From: an uncultured Clostridia bacterium
GTDB lineage: Bacteria; Bacillota; Clostridia; Christensenellales; UBA1242
DNA: 64,000 bases
Direction: 5' to 3'
Assembly: GCA_944383375.1 (NCBI GenBank)
Contig: CALWPG010000001.1
Span: 46,827 to 110,826 of the forward strand
How positions within the stretch are numbered: the stretch's first letter is position 1; each line of letters starts with the position of its first letter. Positions 19,065 to 29,512 of this stretch are shown here, one piece after another. The notes beneath the pieces were generated by a model that ran no database searches, was not told the DNA's origin, and saw only the letters and a program-made list of their open reading frames with translations. Both the position numbers and the translations under genes were made by a program.

Positions 19065-19923
19065 GTGTCCTCACCCATTTATCCATTAATATTTTATATA
19101 TTTCAGTGTAACGGTTATATCTCGCTTTGTCAAGTTGACCATTACAAACTGCGGTTTTAACTGCACATTCTGCCTTGTCTTCACTGATATGTTTGCAGTC
19201 AGAATACCTACATCTAGACATATATGGTAAGTAATCCTTATAATATAACGGAAGTTCATAATATGGAATTGGAAGCAAAGTTTCATCAAGTGATGTAAAC
19301 CCCGCTGTATCAGCAATAAGTATATCTTCTTTGCAAAAGATTTCACAATGCCTCGTTGTATTTTTCCCACGTTTTACTTTTTTACTAATTTCACCCTCTT
19401 TGGCAATAACTTCACCCATAATTGAATTTATAAGTGCACTTTTTCCTACCGCCGATTGGCCGGCAAAGGCACTTAATTTATTTCTTAGCAAAAATTTTAA
19501 TTCTTCAATGCCATAACCCGTTTTGGCCGAAACAAGTACAACTTTCATAATTGGCTTGTAAACCTCAGTAACATAATCATTTAATTCATCAGATAAATCT
19601 TGTTTATTTACAACAAGTATTGGTTCAATGTCGTATGCATATGAAAATAACATAAGTTTATCAAGCACATAAAAATCTGGTTTTGGCATTGGCGACAAGA
19701 CTATTACAAGTTGATCAAGATTTGCAAGAGGTGGTCTTATGAGCAAATTATGTCTTTTTTCAATATGCTCAATTACAATATCACTATGAAGAGAATTTAA
19801 TTTTACTTTATCACCCACAAAAATTCCCCTTGCTTTCATTGTTCCGCGAGGTTTAGCTAGTACTATACCATCCTTAGTTTTTACCCAAAAATTATCAGCG
19901 ATTTTTTTTACAACAATATCCAT
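19057..19923 (-). CDS. rsgA: Ribosome small subunit-dependent GTPase A
   Basis: NKQDL, GQSAVGKS, GKNTTRH and C-terminal Zn motif. Confidence 0.93.
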   Translation of the reverse strand: MDIVVKKIADNFWVKTKDGIVLAKPRGTMKARGIFVGDKVKLNSLHSDIVIEHIEKRHNLLIRPPLANLDQLVIVLSPMPKPDFYVLDKLMLFSYAYDIEPILVVNKQDLSDELNDYVTEVYKPIMKVVLVSAKTGYGIEELKFLLRNKLSAFAGQSAVGKSALINSIMGEVIAKEGEISKKVKRGKNTTRHCEIFCKEDILIADTAGFTSLDETLLPIPYYELPLYYKDYLPYMSRCRYSDCKHISEDKAECAVKTAVCNGQLDKARYNRYTEIYKILMDKWVRTHG

Positions 19924-19966
19924 ACTCCCACCACATTCAGTATTACGCAATTAAGCATAACACAAT

Positions 19967-21007
19967 CTATTGTGTAATATTTATAACTTTGGCACGTAAT
20001 TGTCCACAGGCGCCCTCAATATCTTCTCCCATGGTTCTACGCATTGTAGCACTTATACCTTTACTTTTTAGCCTCTCCATAAAGGCATAACCTTGGTGTT
20101 TGTTTGTTCCCTTCAAGCCTCTTTCTTTGACTTCATTTAGAGGTATCAAATTAACATGATTAGAAAACCCATGTAACAATGATGCCAATTCATCAGCGCA
20201 TTTAAAACTATCATTCTGCCCATCAATTAAAGCATATTCAAAAACAATTCTACGTTTTGTCTCTTTGAAATATCTCTTTGCACAATTCACGACATCTTTG
20301 ACAGAATACCTATTTGCAATGGGCATTGTCTGTCTTCTTAGATTATCATTTGGTGCATGCAATGAAATAGTCAATGTTATTTGTAATTTTTGTTTTGCTA
20401 ACAGATCGATTTTGTCCACAAGACCACATGTTGACAATGAGATATTTCTTTGACTGATATTTATCCCATGTTCATCTGAAATAAGCTTGATGAACTTTAA
20501 TACATTATCAAAGTTATCTAGAGGTTCACCACTCCCCATCAACACCACATTTGTTATTTTCCTGTTTTGCCTGCTTCCGTTTAAATATGCATTGACACAA
20601 AGTACCTGGGCAACAATTTCCCCAGCACTCAAATTTCTAACTAGACCGTTGAGTGTGGATGCGCAAAACTTACAACCCATTCTACAACCAACCTGCGTTG
20701 AAACGCAAAGAGTGTAACCATACTTATAGCGCATAAGCACACCCTCAATCAGATTTCCATCAGCAAGTTTATATAAAAACTTGATAGTACCATCACTACC
20801 TTTTAACTCTTTATAAATGGTCAGAGGCAAAAAATTATAATTTTGACTCAAAGAAGAAATTAAAGATTTTGGGATGTTGGTGATTTTATCTTCACCTTTA
20901 TACGAATAGATAGCATCATACAATTGAGTCGCTCTGTACGATGGTTGACCATATTGTTTTAATATATCTGAAATCTCTTGAAAAGAATAATCTAGTAAAC
21001 TATTCAT
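19967..21007 (-). CDS. rlmN: 23S rRNA m2A2503 radical SAM methyltransferase
   Basis: STQVGCRMGCKFC, MGSGEPL and GACGQL. Confidence 0.95.
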   Translation of the reverse strand: MNSLLDYSFQEISDILKQYGQPSYRATQLYDAIYSYKGEDKITNIPKSLISSLSQNYNFLPLTIYKELKGSDGTIKFLYKLADGNLIEGVLMRYKYGYTLCVSTQVGCRMGCKFCASTLNGLVRNLSAGEIVAQVLCVNAYLNGSRQNRKITNVVLMGSGEPLDNFDNVLKFIKLISDEHGINISQRNISLSTCGLVDKIDLLAKQKLQITLTISLHAPNDNLRRQTMPIANRYSVKDVVNCAKRYFKETKRRIVFEYALIDGQNDSFKCADELASLLHGFSNHVNLIPLNEVKERGLKGTNKHQGYAFMERLKSKGISATMRRTMGEDIEGACGQLRAKVINITQ

Positions 21008-21938
21008 TAATCACAGTTCCTACTTCTATTTTTTTGCCATTAAGATAACTTTTTGATGTCATTATCTTACCACCAGGTGCTTGCAAAAGCAAAATTTCAA
21101 CAGCACCGTCATTACATTTGATTACAAGCCCATCTTTTGGCGAGGACAAAACGACAGTGCCATTTTTTATGTCGTGATCAGGCTCAAGATTTGATTTTTT
21201 AATTTCAAACACCTTAAATATTGTACCATTAATTGTCATCTTGGAACCCAAGTTTGGTGAAAGTGCACGCGTTAAATTAATTAACGATTTTGCGTCATCA
21301 TCAAAATTTAGTATCATGTCATCGCTTTTTATCATCTTTGTGTAAGTTGCCTCATCCTCATTTTGTTTAGTTTTTGTTATTGAGCCATCTTCTATAGCAT
21401 CCAATGCAGAAACAACCAGAGAGCCTCCACAATTGGCAAGTTTAACCGTCAAAGATTCAAAATTGTCATTTTGGTCAATTTTTACTTCTTGTTTCAACAG
21501 CATATCTCCTGTGTCTATACCCGCCTGAGTTTCCATGATCGTAACGCCAGTTATCTCATCACCATTTTTTAATGCGTATTGGATTGGGGATGCTCCTCTA
21601 TACTTTGGCAATAAAGACGCATGCACATTGATGATTTTATGTGGACATATGTCAATTATTTCTTGGCTAAGGATTTGCCCATATGAAGCTGTTACCATAA
21701 TATCTGCGTTAAGTGATTTTAAACTGCTCACCCCGTCACGCCTAATTTTTTCAAATTGCAACACTTTAATATTTTTTTCTTTAGCCATCTCTTTAATCTT
21801 TGGCTGAGCAAGTTTGTGTCCACGACCGGATGGCTTATCAGGCTGAGTCACAACAGCAACAACACTATGCTTTGATTTTAAAATATAATCAAGACAAATA
21901 CAAGAAAAATCTGATGTACCCAAAAATATAACTTTCAT
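21000..21938 (-). CDS. fmt: Methionyl-tRNA formyltransferase
   Basis: VVTQPDKPSGRG and NVHASLLPKYRGASPI. Confidence 0.96.
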   Translation of the reverse strand: MKVIFLGTSDFSCICLDYILKSKHSVVAVVTQPDKPSGRGHKLAQPKIKEMAKEKNIKVLQFEKIRRDGVSSLKSLNADIMVTASYGQILSQEIIDICPHKIINVHASLLPKYRGASPIQYALKNGDEITGVTIMETQAGIDTGDMLLKQEVKIDQNDNFESLTVKLANCGGSLVVSALDAIEDGSITKTKQNEDEATYTKMIKSDDMILNFDDDAKSLINLTRALSPNLGSKMTINGTIFKVFEIKKSNLEPDHDIKNGTVVLSSPKDGLVIKCNDGAVEILLLQAPGGKIMTSKSYLNGKKIEVGTVINE

Positions 21939-21939
21939 G

Positions 21940-22383
21940 TTAATCTTTCTCCAATTTATCAATAAACAGAATGCCATTTAAATGGTCTATTTCATGGCAA
22001 AGACATCTAGCCAAATATTTTTCCCCAGTTATTGTAAAATGGAATCCAAATCTATCTTGTGCACTTACCGTTACAACCATAGGCCTTTTAACTTTTCCTC
22101 TAATTTTGCCACAGCTCAAACAACCTTCTTCCTCAATATCGCAACCACTTTGACTGATAATTACGGGGTTTACGAGTTCAAGTTTCATATTGTTGACATC
22201 CATAACAATAACTCTTTTAAGTATACCAACTTGAACTGCCGCAAGACCCATTCCATTATTCAGATACATCGTTTCCCACATATCATCAATCAAATCTTCC
22301 AATTTTTCATCAAAAACTTTTACTTCTTTGCTTGTCTTTCTTAACAATTCGTCTGATTTTTGTATTACCTCTCTTACTGCCAT
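21940..22383 (-). CDS. def: Peptide deformylase
   Basis: GMGLAAVQVG, EGCLS and HEIDHLNG. Confidence 0.96.
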   Translation of the reverse strand: MAVREVIQKSDELLRKTSKEVKVFDEKLEDLIDDMWETMYLNNGMGLAAVQVGILKRVIVMDVNNMKLELVNPVIISQSGCDIEEEGCLSCGKIRGKVKRPMVVTVSAQDRFGFHFTITGEKYLARCLCHEIDHLNGILFIDKLEKD

Positions 22384-22395
22384 ATATTTACTCCT

Positions 22396-24576
22396 TTAGC
22401 TTAAATTTTGTGGATCGATTTCCACAAAGACACTGACTTTGTTGTATTTGTCACAAATTTTATAAATTTTATCTATAATCTCATTTTCATGAGTGTGTTT
22501 TATTCTCATCAATATTTGATATCTTATATTATTCTTTATTTTCCTAATTGGACTTTTCATCGCATCCAAATAAACGAAATCTTCCAAATATTCATCTCTA
22601 AGGTGCTTAATATCATTATAACACAATTTTGTGGTTTCGCGAACAATTTCTTCGTTTTGTGAAGAAAAAAGCAATCTAAGAATGGTAGTAAACGGTGGAA
22701 ACATTGTGTTTTTTCTGATGTTAAGTTCCTTGTCAAAAAAGCTTTTATAGTCATAATTAGCTATAAACCTATAAGCATAGTGTCTTGGGGCGTATGTTTG
22801 CAGAATAACTTTACCCTCCACTTTATCCCTTCCAGCACGACCGCTCATCTGAGTTATAAGTTCAAAAGTCTTTTCCGTGCTTTTATAGTCAGTGTGGTAA
22901 AGGCTTTGATCAGCATCTATGATACCAACTAAAGTGACATCTGAAAAGTCGTGGCCTTTTGCTATCATTTGAGTGCCAACCAAAATACCTGGTTTGGATT
23001 TCCCAAATTCCGATAATATTCTTTGATAGGCATTTTTGGTGCGTGTCGTATCATTATCCATTTGAAAAATTGGCACATCTTTATACATTTCCTTAAGTGC
23101 GCTAACCACCTGTTCTGTGCCAATTGCACCATTCCTTATTGCAGTACTTTTGCACTGAGGACAGATAGTTAAAGCCTTAAATCTTTTTCCACAATAATGA
23201 CATTTTAATTTGTCCTCTTTTTTATGATAAACCAAAGTAACATCACAGTCAGTACATTTTGCTACATAACCACAATTCGTGCATCGCATAAAAGAACTGT
23301 AACCTCGCCTGTTAATGAATAGCATTGCCTGATGTTTTTCTTTGATGCATTTGTCAAGTTCAAATAATAGAGCACTAGAAAACATGCCAGTATTGCCATT
23401 TCTGATTTCACTAAGCATATCAACAATTTGAATTTTGGGCATTGGCTTATCATTGATACGTTTAGGAAGTTCTAAGAGTTTATATTCACCACTAAGTGCT
23501 TTTTGATAAGATGCAATATCTGGAGTGGCACTGGCAAGTACTAAAGGACAGTTGTTATACTCGCTCCTAAATTTTGCTATATGCAATGTATTATATCTTG
23601 GATTTGATTCACTAATATAACTTGTCTCGTGTTCTTCATCAATGATGATCACTCCAAGATTTTTTACAGGTGCAAAAATAGCTGATCTGGCCCCAACAAC
23701 TATATGTGCTTCACCAAACAAAACCCGCCTCCACTCATCAAATCGCTCACCTACGCTCAATCCACTATGTAAGATTGCTACATTGTTACCAAATCTTGCA
23801 CGAAAATTAGATAAAACTTGCGGAGTCAAAGAAATTTCGGGTACCAACATTATAGCATTCTTACCATTTTGAACTACTTTTTCAATAACTGACATATATA
23901 CTTCCGTTTTTCCACTTCCAGTGACTCCAAATAAAAGAGAAATTGAATTATCGGAGATAATTTCGTCAACTGCCCTTTGTTGAAGTGGTGTCAATTTATG
24001 CTTTTGACACTGAATGTCAATTGATGGGGGAGTTCGTTTTTCTTCAATTTTTTCTTGCCTCAAAATTCCATTCTCAATTAACTTTGAGACAGCTGATTGA
24101 GTAAATTTTGAGACCAATTCACTTTTTAGATATGACTGATTTGGCTTGATGTATTCGCATAATGCCAGTAAGTTTTTTGCATTACTTCTTACGGTTTTTT
24201 TGAATTTTTGTGGATCGCCACTAACAATTATATAGGTTTTTACAAGAGGTTTTACATTCTCGCTTCTAAGTTGGGCAGGAATGAAAAGCCTAAGACAATC
24301 GACAAAGCGTAGATGATATTTTTTTACCATAAAATGCATAATTTCAATATGTTCAGGTAAAATCAATGGATAATCATCTACAGTGGAAATAATGTTTTTA
24401 AGTTTTTCTTCATCTACGGTTGTTTCCTGTTTTAAATTAATTACAAAACCCTGAATATTTCTCTTACCAAATGGAACAATTACCCTCTGCCCCACGGTCA
24501 CGTCCTCAGATGCGTAGTAATCAAAAATTTTATCAACCATACTGTTTGTAATGTCAACAATTACTTCTGCAATCAT
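22396..24576 (-). CDS. priA: Primosomal protein N' (PriA helicase)
   Basis: GVTGSGKT, DEEH, Cys-rich region and GTQMIAKGHDF. Confidence 0.96.
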   Translation of the reverse strand: MIAEVIVDITNSMVDKIFDYYASEDVTVGQRVIVPFGKRNIQGFVINLKQETTVDEEKLKNIISTVDDYPLILPEHIEIMHFMVKKYHLRFVDCLRLFIPAQLRSENVKPLVKTYIIVSGDPQKFKKTVRSNAKNLLALCEYIKPNQSYLKSELVSKFTQSAVSKLIENGILRQEKIEEKRTPPSIDIQCQKHKLTPLQQRAVDEIISDNSISLLFGVTGSGKTEVYMSVIEKVVQNGKNAIMLVPEISLTPQVLSNFRARFGNNVAILHSGLSVGERFDEWRRVLFGEAHIVVGARSAIFAPVKNLGVIIIDEEHETSYISESNPRYNTLHIAKFRSEYNNCPLVLASATPDIASYQKALSGEYKLLELPKRINDKPMPKIQIVDMLSEIRNGNTGMFSSALLFELDKCIKEKHQAMLFINRRGYSSFMRCTNCGYVAKCTDCDVTLVYHKKEDKLKCHYCGKRFKALTICPQCKSTAIRNGAIGTEQVVSALKEMYKDVPIFQMDNDTTRTKNAYQRILSEFGKSKPGILVGTQMIAKGHDFSDVTLVGIIDADQSLYHTDYKSTEKTFELITQMSGRAGRDKVEGKVILQTYAPRHYAYRFIANYDYKSFFDKELNIRKNTMFPPFTTILRLLFSSQNEEIVRETTKLCYNDIKHLRDEYLEDFVYLDAMKSPIRKIKNNIRYQILMRIKHTHENEIIDKIYKICDKYNKVSVFVEIDPQNLS

Positions 24577-24643
24577 AGAACAATAATAACACATTAAATA
24601 AAGAAAAAAAACATATAAATAAAAAAATCCTCAAAACAGAGGA

Positions 24644-24853
24644 TTATTTTACATCATCACTGGAGACAATAAGGCCTTCATATATTTCATCAGCGGCCAT
24701 GCTTATTGCTTTTTTATCACTTTTTTCTATTTCAGCAGGAATGCGTTTTTCAAGTTCTTTAGCACGCTTTGCCATTACGCAACAAAGCTTGTACTTATTG
24801 CCATCCATTTTTTTAACCAATTCATCGATTGGTGGTTCATTCATCATAATCAA
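24644..24853 (-). CDS. rpoZ: RNA polymerase omega subunit
   Basis: PPIDEL..NKYKLCCVMAKRAKEL. Confidence 0.88.
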   Translation of the reverse strand: MIMMNEPPIDELVKKMDGNKYKLCCVMAKRAKELEKRIPAEIEKSDKKAISMAADEIYEGLIVSSDDVK

Positions 24854-24917
24854 TCACCTCATTTTTGAAAAATCTAGACAAGTATATCACATAATTAACT
24901 TTTTGTGAATATTTTTT

Positions 24918-26867
24918 TTATAATTTTAACATTTTTTTAAATTGCGTCTCGTCAATTATTTCAATTCCTAAGTTTTGCGCTTTAATAAGTTTGCTTCCCG
25001 CCTCCTTTCCAGCAAGGACATAGCTTGTTTTTTTGCTTACGGACGAGGAGGTTTGTCCACCATTTTTTTCTATCAATGATGTCGCCTCTTGACGTGTGAA
25101 ATCTTCAAGTGTTCCAGTTAGCACAAAAGTTTTATCTTCAAAGATTCCACTATTACTTCCATGTCCACTGTTGTTGGTGATTTTAATGCCAAGATTTAAT
25201 AGTTCATCAATCATTTTTATATTTTGTTCATTTGAAAAATACTCGACGATACTGTGTGCGACCACCTCACCAATATCTCTTATTTTTGCCAAATCTTCTT
25301 CTTTTGCTTTTATTAAATCATCTAGTGTTTTATAATATTTGGATAAATCCTTTGCCGTTTTTATGCCAACATTTAAAATACTTAGTGCATATATAAAATT
25401 GCTAAGTTCTACTTCTTTGCTTTTTTGAATTGCCGAAAGTAAATTTTGTGCTTTTTTTTGTTTAAATAGTGGTAATGTTAAAAGATCATCATATGTCAAT
25501 TTATACAAATCGGCCGGAGATTTAACGAGACCTTTTTCATAAAGCAAATTTGAAGTACTATCTCTAAAACCCTCAATGTTCATTGCGTCTCTACTAGCAA
25601 AATGGGTAATGCGATCTATAATTTGTTCAGGACAATTTTGTGTATTTGGACAAAAATCCAATGCCCCAATGTGCACAAGTTTTGTGCCACAACTAGGACA
25701 ATTCTGAGGAGGATCTATCTTTATTGATCCCTCAAGTTCTTGAGCTAGTCCCATAATTTCTGGAATAACTTCGTTACTTCTGCGTACAAAAACTCTTGAA
25801 CCTATTGAAATATTTTTACGCAATATATCCATATAATTATTGAGCGTAGCACGATATATAGTAGCACCACTTAAATTCACGGGCTCAATCAAAGCAATTG
25901 GCGTCACTTTTCCTGTTCTACCAACCTGCCATATAACATCTTTAAGTATTGTAGTTAACTCTTGCGCTTCGAACTTATATGCCATTGCCCATTTAGGAAA
26001 TTTTGATGTGTATCCAAACTCATCTCTTATTTTAATTTGATTTATTTTGACAACCATACCATCTATTAGAATATCTAAATTATTTTTGTTGTCATCTACA
26101 TTTTTGATTTCTTGAATTATGGACTGTGGTGTTTTAAATAATTTATATGGAGAAATCAAAAAACCATTTTGTTTCAAAAATTCAAACATTTCAACCTGAG
26201 TTAAAAAACTTTTCCCTTCTGCATAAAGAATATTGTAACAATACCAATCCAAATTCCGTTTTGCCGTTTCGCGTGGATCTAAATTTCTTATGGCACCACT
26301 TACTGCGTTCCTAGCATTCTTTAGTGCGTCTTGTGGATATCTTTGGTTAAATTTCTTTAAATTTGATAACGTTATCATTCCTTCGCCCTGAACAATAAGC
26401 TCTCCTTTAAACGGAATGGACAAAGGTACACTTTTAATAGTTTTTACCTGAAGTGTTACGTCTTCGCCAACAATTCCATTACCTCTAGTCGCACATGAAA
26501 CAAGTAACCCATTATTGTAAGTACAAACTATTGTCAAGCCATCAAATTTATATTCAAGTGTAAAATCGACATTGGGTTCTTCTTCCAAAGCATCTTGTAT
26601 CCATTTGTTTAACCCTTCAGTTGACTGGCACTTATCCAAACTATAAAGGCGCATCTTGTGTGTAACTTTGGTAAAATTGGACAAAACAGTATCACCTACT
26701 CTGTTTGTTGGAGAATTTGGTAATACTATTCCCAATTTTTTTTCCAAGTCCTGCAATTGATCATATAATTTGTCATATTCAGCATCAGAAATAATAGGTT
26801 TATCTAATACATAATAATGATAAGCATAATTATTTAGCAATTCTACCAATTTTTGCATTTCTTCCAT
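24918..26867 (-). CDS. ligA: NAD-dependent DNA ligase
   Basis: KFDG, TRGNG, Zn finger and C-terminal BRCT. Confidence 0.97.
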   Translation of the reverse strand: MEEMQKLVELLNNYAYHYYVLDKPIISDAEYDKLYDQLQDLEKKLGIVLPNSPTNRVGDTVLSNFTKVTHKMRLYSLDKCQSTEGLNKWIQDALEEEPNVDFTLEYKFDGLTIVCTYNNGLLVSCATRGNGIVGEDVTLQVKTIKSVPLSIPFKGELIVQGEGMITLSNLKKFNQRYPQDALKNARNAVSGAIRNLDPRETAKRNLDWYCYNILYAEGKSFLTQVEMFEFLKQNGFLISPYKLFKTPQSIIQEIKNVDDNKNNLDILIDGMVVKINQIKIRDEFGYTSKFPKWAMAYKFEAQELTTILKDVIWQVGRTGKVTPIALIEPVNLSGATIYRATLNNYMDILRKNISIGSRVFVRRSNEVIPEIMGLAQELEGSIKIDPPQNCPSCGTKLVHIGALDFCPNTQNCPEQIIDRITHFASRDAMNIEGFRDSTSNLLYEKGLVKSPADLYKLTYDDLLTLPLFKQKKAQNLLSAIQKSKEVELSNFIYALSILNVGIKTAKDLSKYYKTLDDLIKAKEEDLAKIRDIGEVVAHSIVEYFSNEQNIKMIDELLNLGIKITNNSGHGSNSGIFEDKTFVLTGTLEDFTRQEATSLIEKNGGQTSSSVSKKTSYVLAGKEAGSKLIKAQNLGIEIIDETQFKKMLKL

Positions 26868-26875
26868 AATTTACC

Positions 26876-29071
26876 TCAAGATATAATTTGCAATGGTGCT
26901 ATTTCAAGTATCAATGTTTTTTTACCAAAGTTTTCAAAGACAATTTCTGCACAAACCCCGTCATCCACTATGTCAACTATCTCACCTTTGCCGAACTTAG
27001 GATGTTCAACTATTTGCCCGATTTTATAAACTGATGTATCTTTTTTCTGTCTATCTTCATTTTTTGCAACAATGTAATTGGGTGTAGAAGTTGAACTAAA
27101 TATCGGCTGTTTTTCAATATATTTATTGGCTTTTGGCAAGTTTATAAAACTATGATAATCATATTTTTTTTGTGTAGTTGGTAATTGAATGTCCATCTCA
27201 TCCAAAAATCTACTAGCTTTAGTATAAGATCTCTTGCCATGAAGATATCTTGTCTGTGCGTATGACAAAAATATCCTTTCTTTTGCTCGTGTCAAAGCTA
27301 CATACATAAGTCTACGTTCTTCCTCTAAATCTTTTTGGCTATCATAAGCTCTAGATATTGGGAAAATTCCATCTTCCAACCCAATGATGAACACGACCTT
27401 AAATTCAAGACCTTTAACGGAATGAATAGTCGACAATGTTACTGTTTCATCTCCTATATAATCAATATCCGCTTCCATAGTAATACTTTCAAGATAATCT
27501 GACAGTGTAGCATTTCCATTAGCTTTTTCGAACTCACCAACTGAATTGACAAAAACGTCTATGTTCATTAGCTTTTCGGTATTTTCATCATTTTGCTCCA
27601 TGTAGGCACTTCTGATATTGAATTTATCTATAACAGACTCAGTAAATTCTTGAAGAGACAAGACATTTTTGCTTTCGTATAACGAATTATAAACTTCTAT
27701 AAAAGGTTTGATTTTCGTTGACAATTGGTGATTTTCATTACTGTTTCCAGCAAGCCTCTTCATCGCATTGATTAATCCAAGATCATTGTCCTTAGCATAT
27801 TCTCTAAGTTTAAGAATTGCACCGTCGCCTATTCCACGTCTAGGAAAATTTATAACTCTTAAAAGAGCAGTTTCATCATTTGGATTTGTGAATATTCTTA
27901 AATAGCTTATCAAATTTTTAATTTCTTGTCTTTCATAAAACTTGAATCCCCCATATATCCGATAAGGTATGTTATAATTTAATAACTTTTGTTCAAGAGG
28001 CAAAGACAGCGCATTCATTCTCATAAGAACGGCAAAATCGCTCAGTTTATAGTCCCCATTATTAAGCATAGCCCAAATTTTGGATACTACAGATTCAGCT
28101 TCATTTTGTTCATCATAATATCTGTTAAATTCAATATTCTTTCCTTGTTCATTTGAAGTCCAAAGGACTTTATCAAACCTTTCAAAATTATTAGAGATCA
28201 ATTTGTTAGCCGTTTCAAGGATTGTCTTTGTACTCCTATAATTTTGCTCCAACTTAAAAACTTTCACAGGCGCAAAGTCGTTTTTGAAATTAAAAATATT
28301 TTCGAAGTTGGCACCACGCCAAGTATATATACACTGATCCTCATCTCCAACAACAAAAATGTTTTTATGAACTTTTGACAACAGTCTTACAATGTCATAT
28401 TGAATTTTGTTCGTATCTTGAAATTCATCAACAAAAATATATTCAAACCTGATGGAATAATAATCCAAAACTTTAGGATAGCTAACAAGCAATTGATAGG
28501 CATTTGACAAAATATGGTCAAAATCCATTGCGTTGTTTCTTTTTAAAGCTTTTTCATACTCTATATATACTTTGTAGGAATCGCTTTCATCACGTCTTGA
28601 ATTTTTTACATAAGTTTCAATATCTATGTTGTGATTTTGGCAAATGCTAATAACAGTTGTATAGTGCTTGTAGTCATCCAATGGTAAAGATAAATCAGTT
28701 ATCACCATTTTTAGGAGTTTTTCACTGTCTTTCTCGTCATAAATGGAAAAATCTGATGTGTATCCATCCAACAGTGAAACATTTTCTCTAAGCATCTTTA
28801 AACACATAGAGTGAAATGTGGAGATCCAAATTTCGTTTCTTACACCAAGCATGTCAAAAATACGCGTTTTCATTTCGTTTGCTGCTTTGTTTGTAAACGT
28901 TATTGCAAGTATATTTTCCGGATTTACATTTTCATTTTTTATTAAATATGCAATACAATGCGTCAATAGTTTAGTTTTTCCGCTGCCTGCTCCAGCTGTC
29001 ACCAAAACAGCACCCTTAATATTTAAGAGTGCCTGCCTTTGTGCTTCATTAAGCTCAGATAAAATATCCAT
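26876..29071 (-). CDS. pcrA: ATP-dependent DNA helicase PcrA/UvrD
   Basis: AGAGSGKT, DEFQDTN, EEERRLMYVALTRA and C-terminal HPKFGKG. Confidence 0.95.
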   Translation of the reverse strand: MDILSELNEAQRQALLNIKGAVLVTAGAGSGKTKLLTHCIAYLIKNENVNPENILAITFTNKAANEMKTRIFDMLGVRNEIWISTFHSMCLKMLRENVSLLDGYTSDFSIYDEKDSEKLLKMVITDLSLPLDDYKHYTTVISICQNHNIDIETYVKNSRRDESDSYKVYIEYEKALKRNNAMDFDHILSNAYQLLVSYPKVLDYYSIRFEYIFVDEFQDTNKIQYDIVRLLSKVHKNIFVVGDEDQCIYTWRGANFENIFNFKNDFAPVKVFKLEQNYRSTKTILETANKLISNNFERFDKVLWTSNEQGKNIEFNRYYDEQNEAESVVSKIWAMLNNGDYKLSDFAVLMRMNALSLPLEQKLLNYNIPYRIYGGFKFYERQEIKNLISYLRIFTNPNDETALLRVINFPRRGIGDGAILKLREYAKDNDLGLINAMKRLAGNSNENHQLSTKIKPFIEVYNSLYESKNVLSLQEFTESVIDKFNIRSAYMEQNDENTEKLMNIDVFVNSVGEFEKANGNATLSDYLESITMEADIDYIGDETVTLSTIHSVKGLEFKVVFIIGLEDGIFPISRAYDSQKDLEEERRLMYVALTRAKERIFLSYAQTRYLHGKRSYTKASRFLDEMDIQLPTTQKKYDYHSFINLPKANKYIEKQPIFSSTSTPNYIVAKNEDRQKKDTSVYKIGQIVEHPKFGKGEIVDIVDDGVCAEIVFENFGKKTLILEIAPLQIIS

Positions 29072-29077
29072 GTGTTA

Positions 29078-29106
29078 ATTATATCATAGTATACAACATA
29101 AATCAA
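29078..29106 (-). promoter_or_regulatory. sigma-A promoter of pcrA-ligA (probably leaderless transcript)
   Basis: TTGATT-17 nt-TATAAT (extended TG), then 6 nt, then ATG; no SD. Confidence 0.7.
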
Positions 29107-29113
29107 AGTTTTT

Positions 29114-29419
29114 TTAATTGACTTGTTTTAGTTTTTCATGTTCATACCTATTTTTAAGCTGTCTATATTTATCAGCCAAAGAAAAGAAATATCTTTCTCT
29201 TTGTTCAAGCGAAAGTGATTTGTAATATTTAACATCAATTAATTCTGCCAACGGATTCGTGCATCCATTGTCAATTGTTTGTTTAACCTTCAAATATAAC
29301 TTATCATCATCTTTATCTATGTCGATGGTTTTGACATTTTGTCTTGAATTTAAGTCTTTACCTCTTAACCTATTTTTTGCTTGTTGTGCCATAAATTTTA
29401 AAATATCTCTACCTTCCAT
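29114..29419 (-). CDS. Hypothetical protein
   Basis: 101-aa ORF with an AAGGAG RBS. Confidence 0.7.
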   Translation of the reverse strand: MEGRDILKFMAQQAKNRLRGKDLNSRQNVKTIDIDKDDDKLYLKVKQTIDNGCTNPLAELIDVKYYKSLSLEQRERYFFSLADKYRQLKNRYEHEKLKQVN

Positions 29420-29512
29420 AATATCTCCTTAACCACAAAGATATTATAACAAAGATACAAAATATAGCCTACTGCAAAATTTGTCAATTTTTAACTATTT
29501 TGGTCGAATTTA

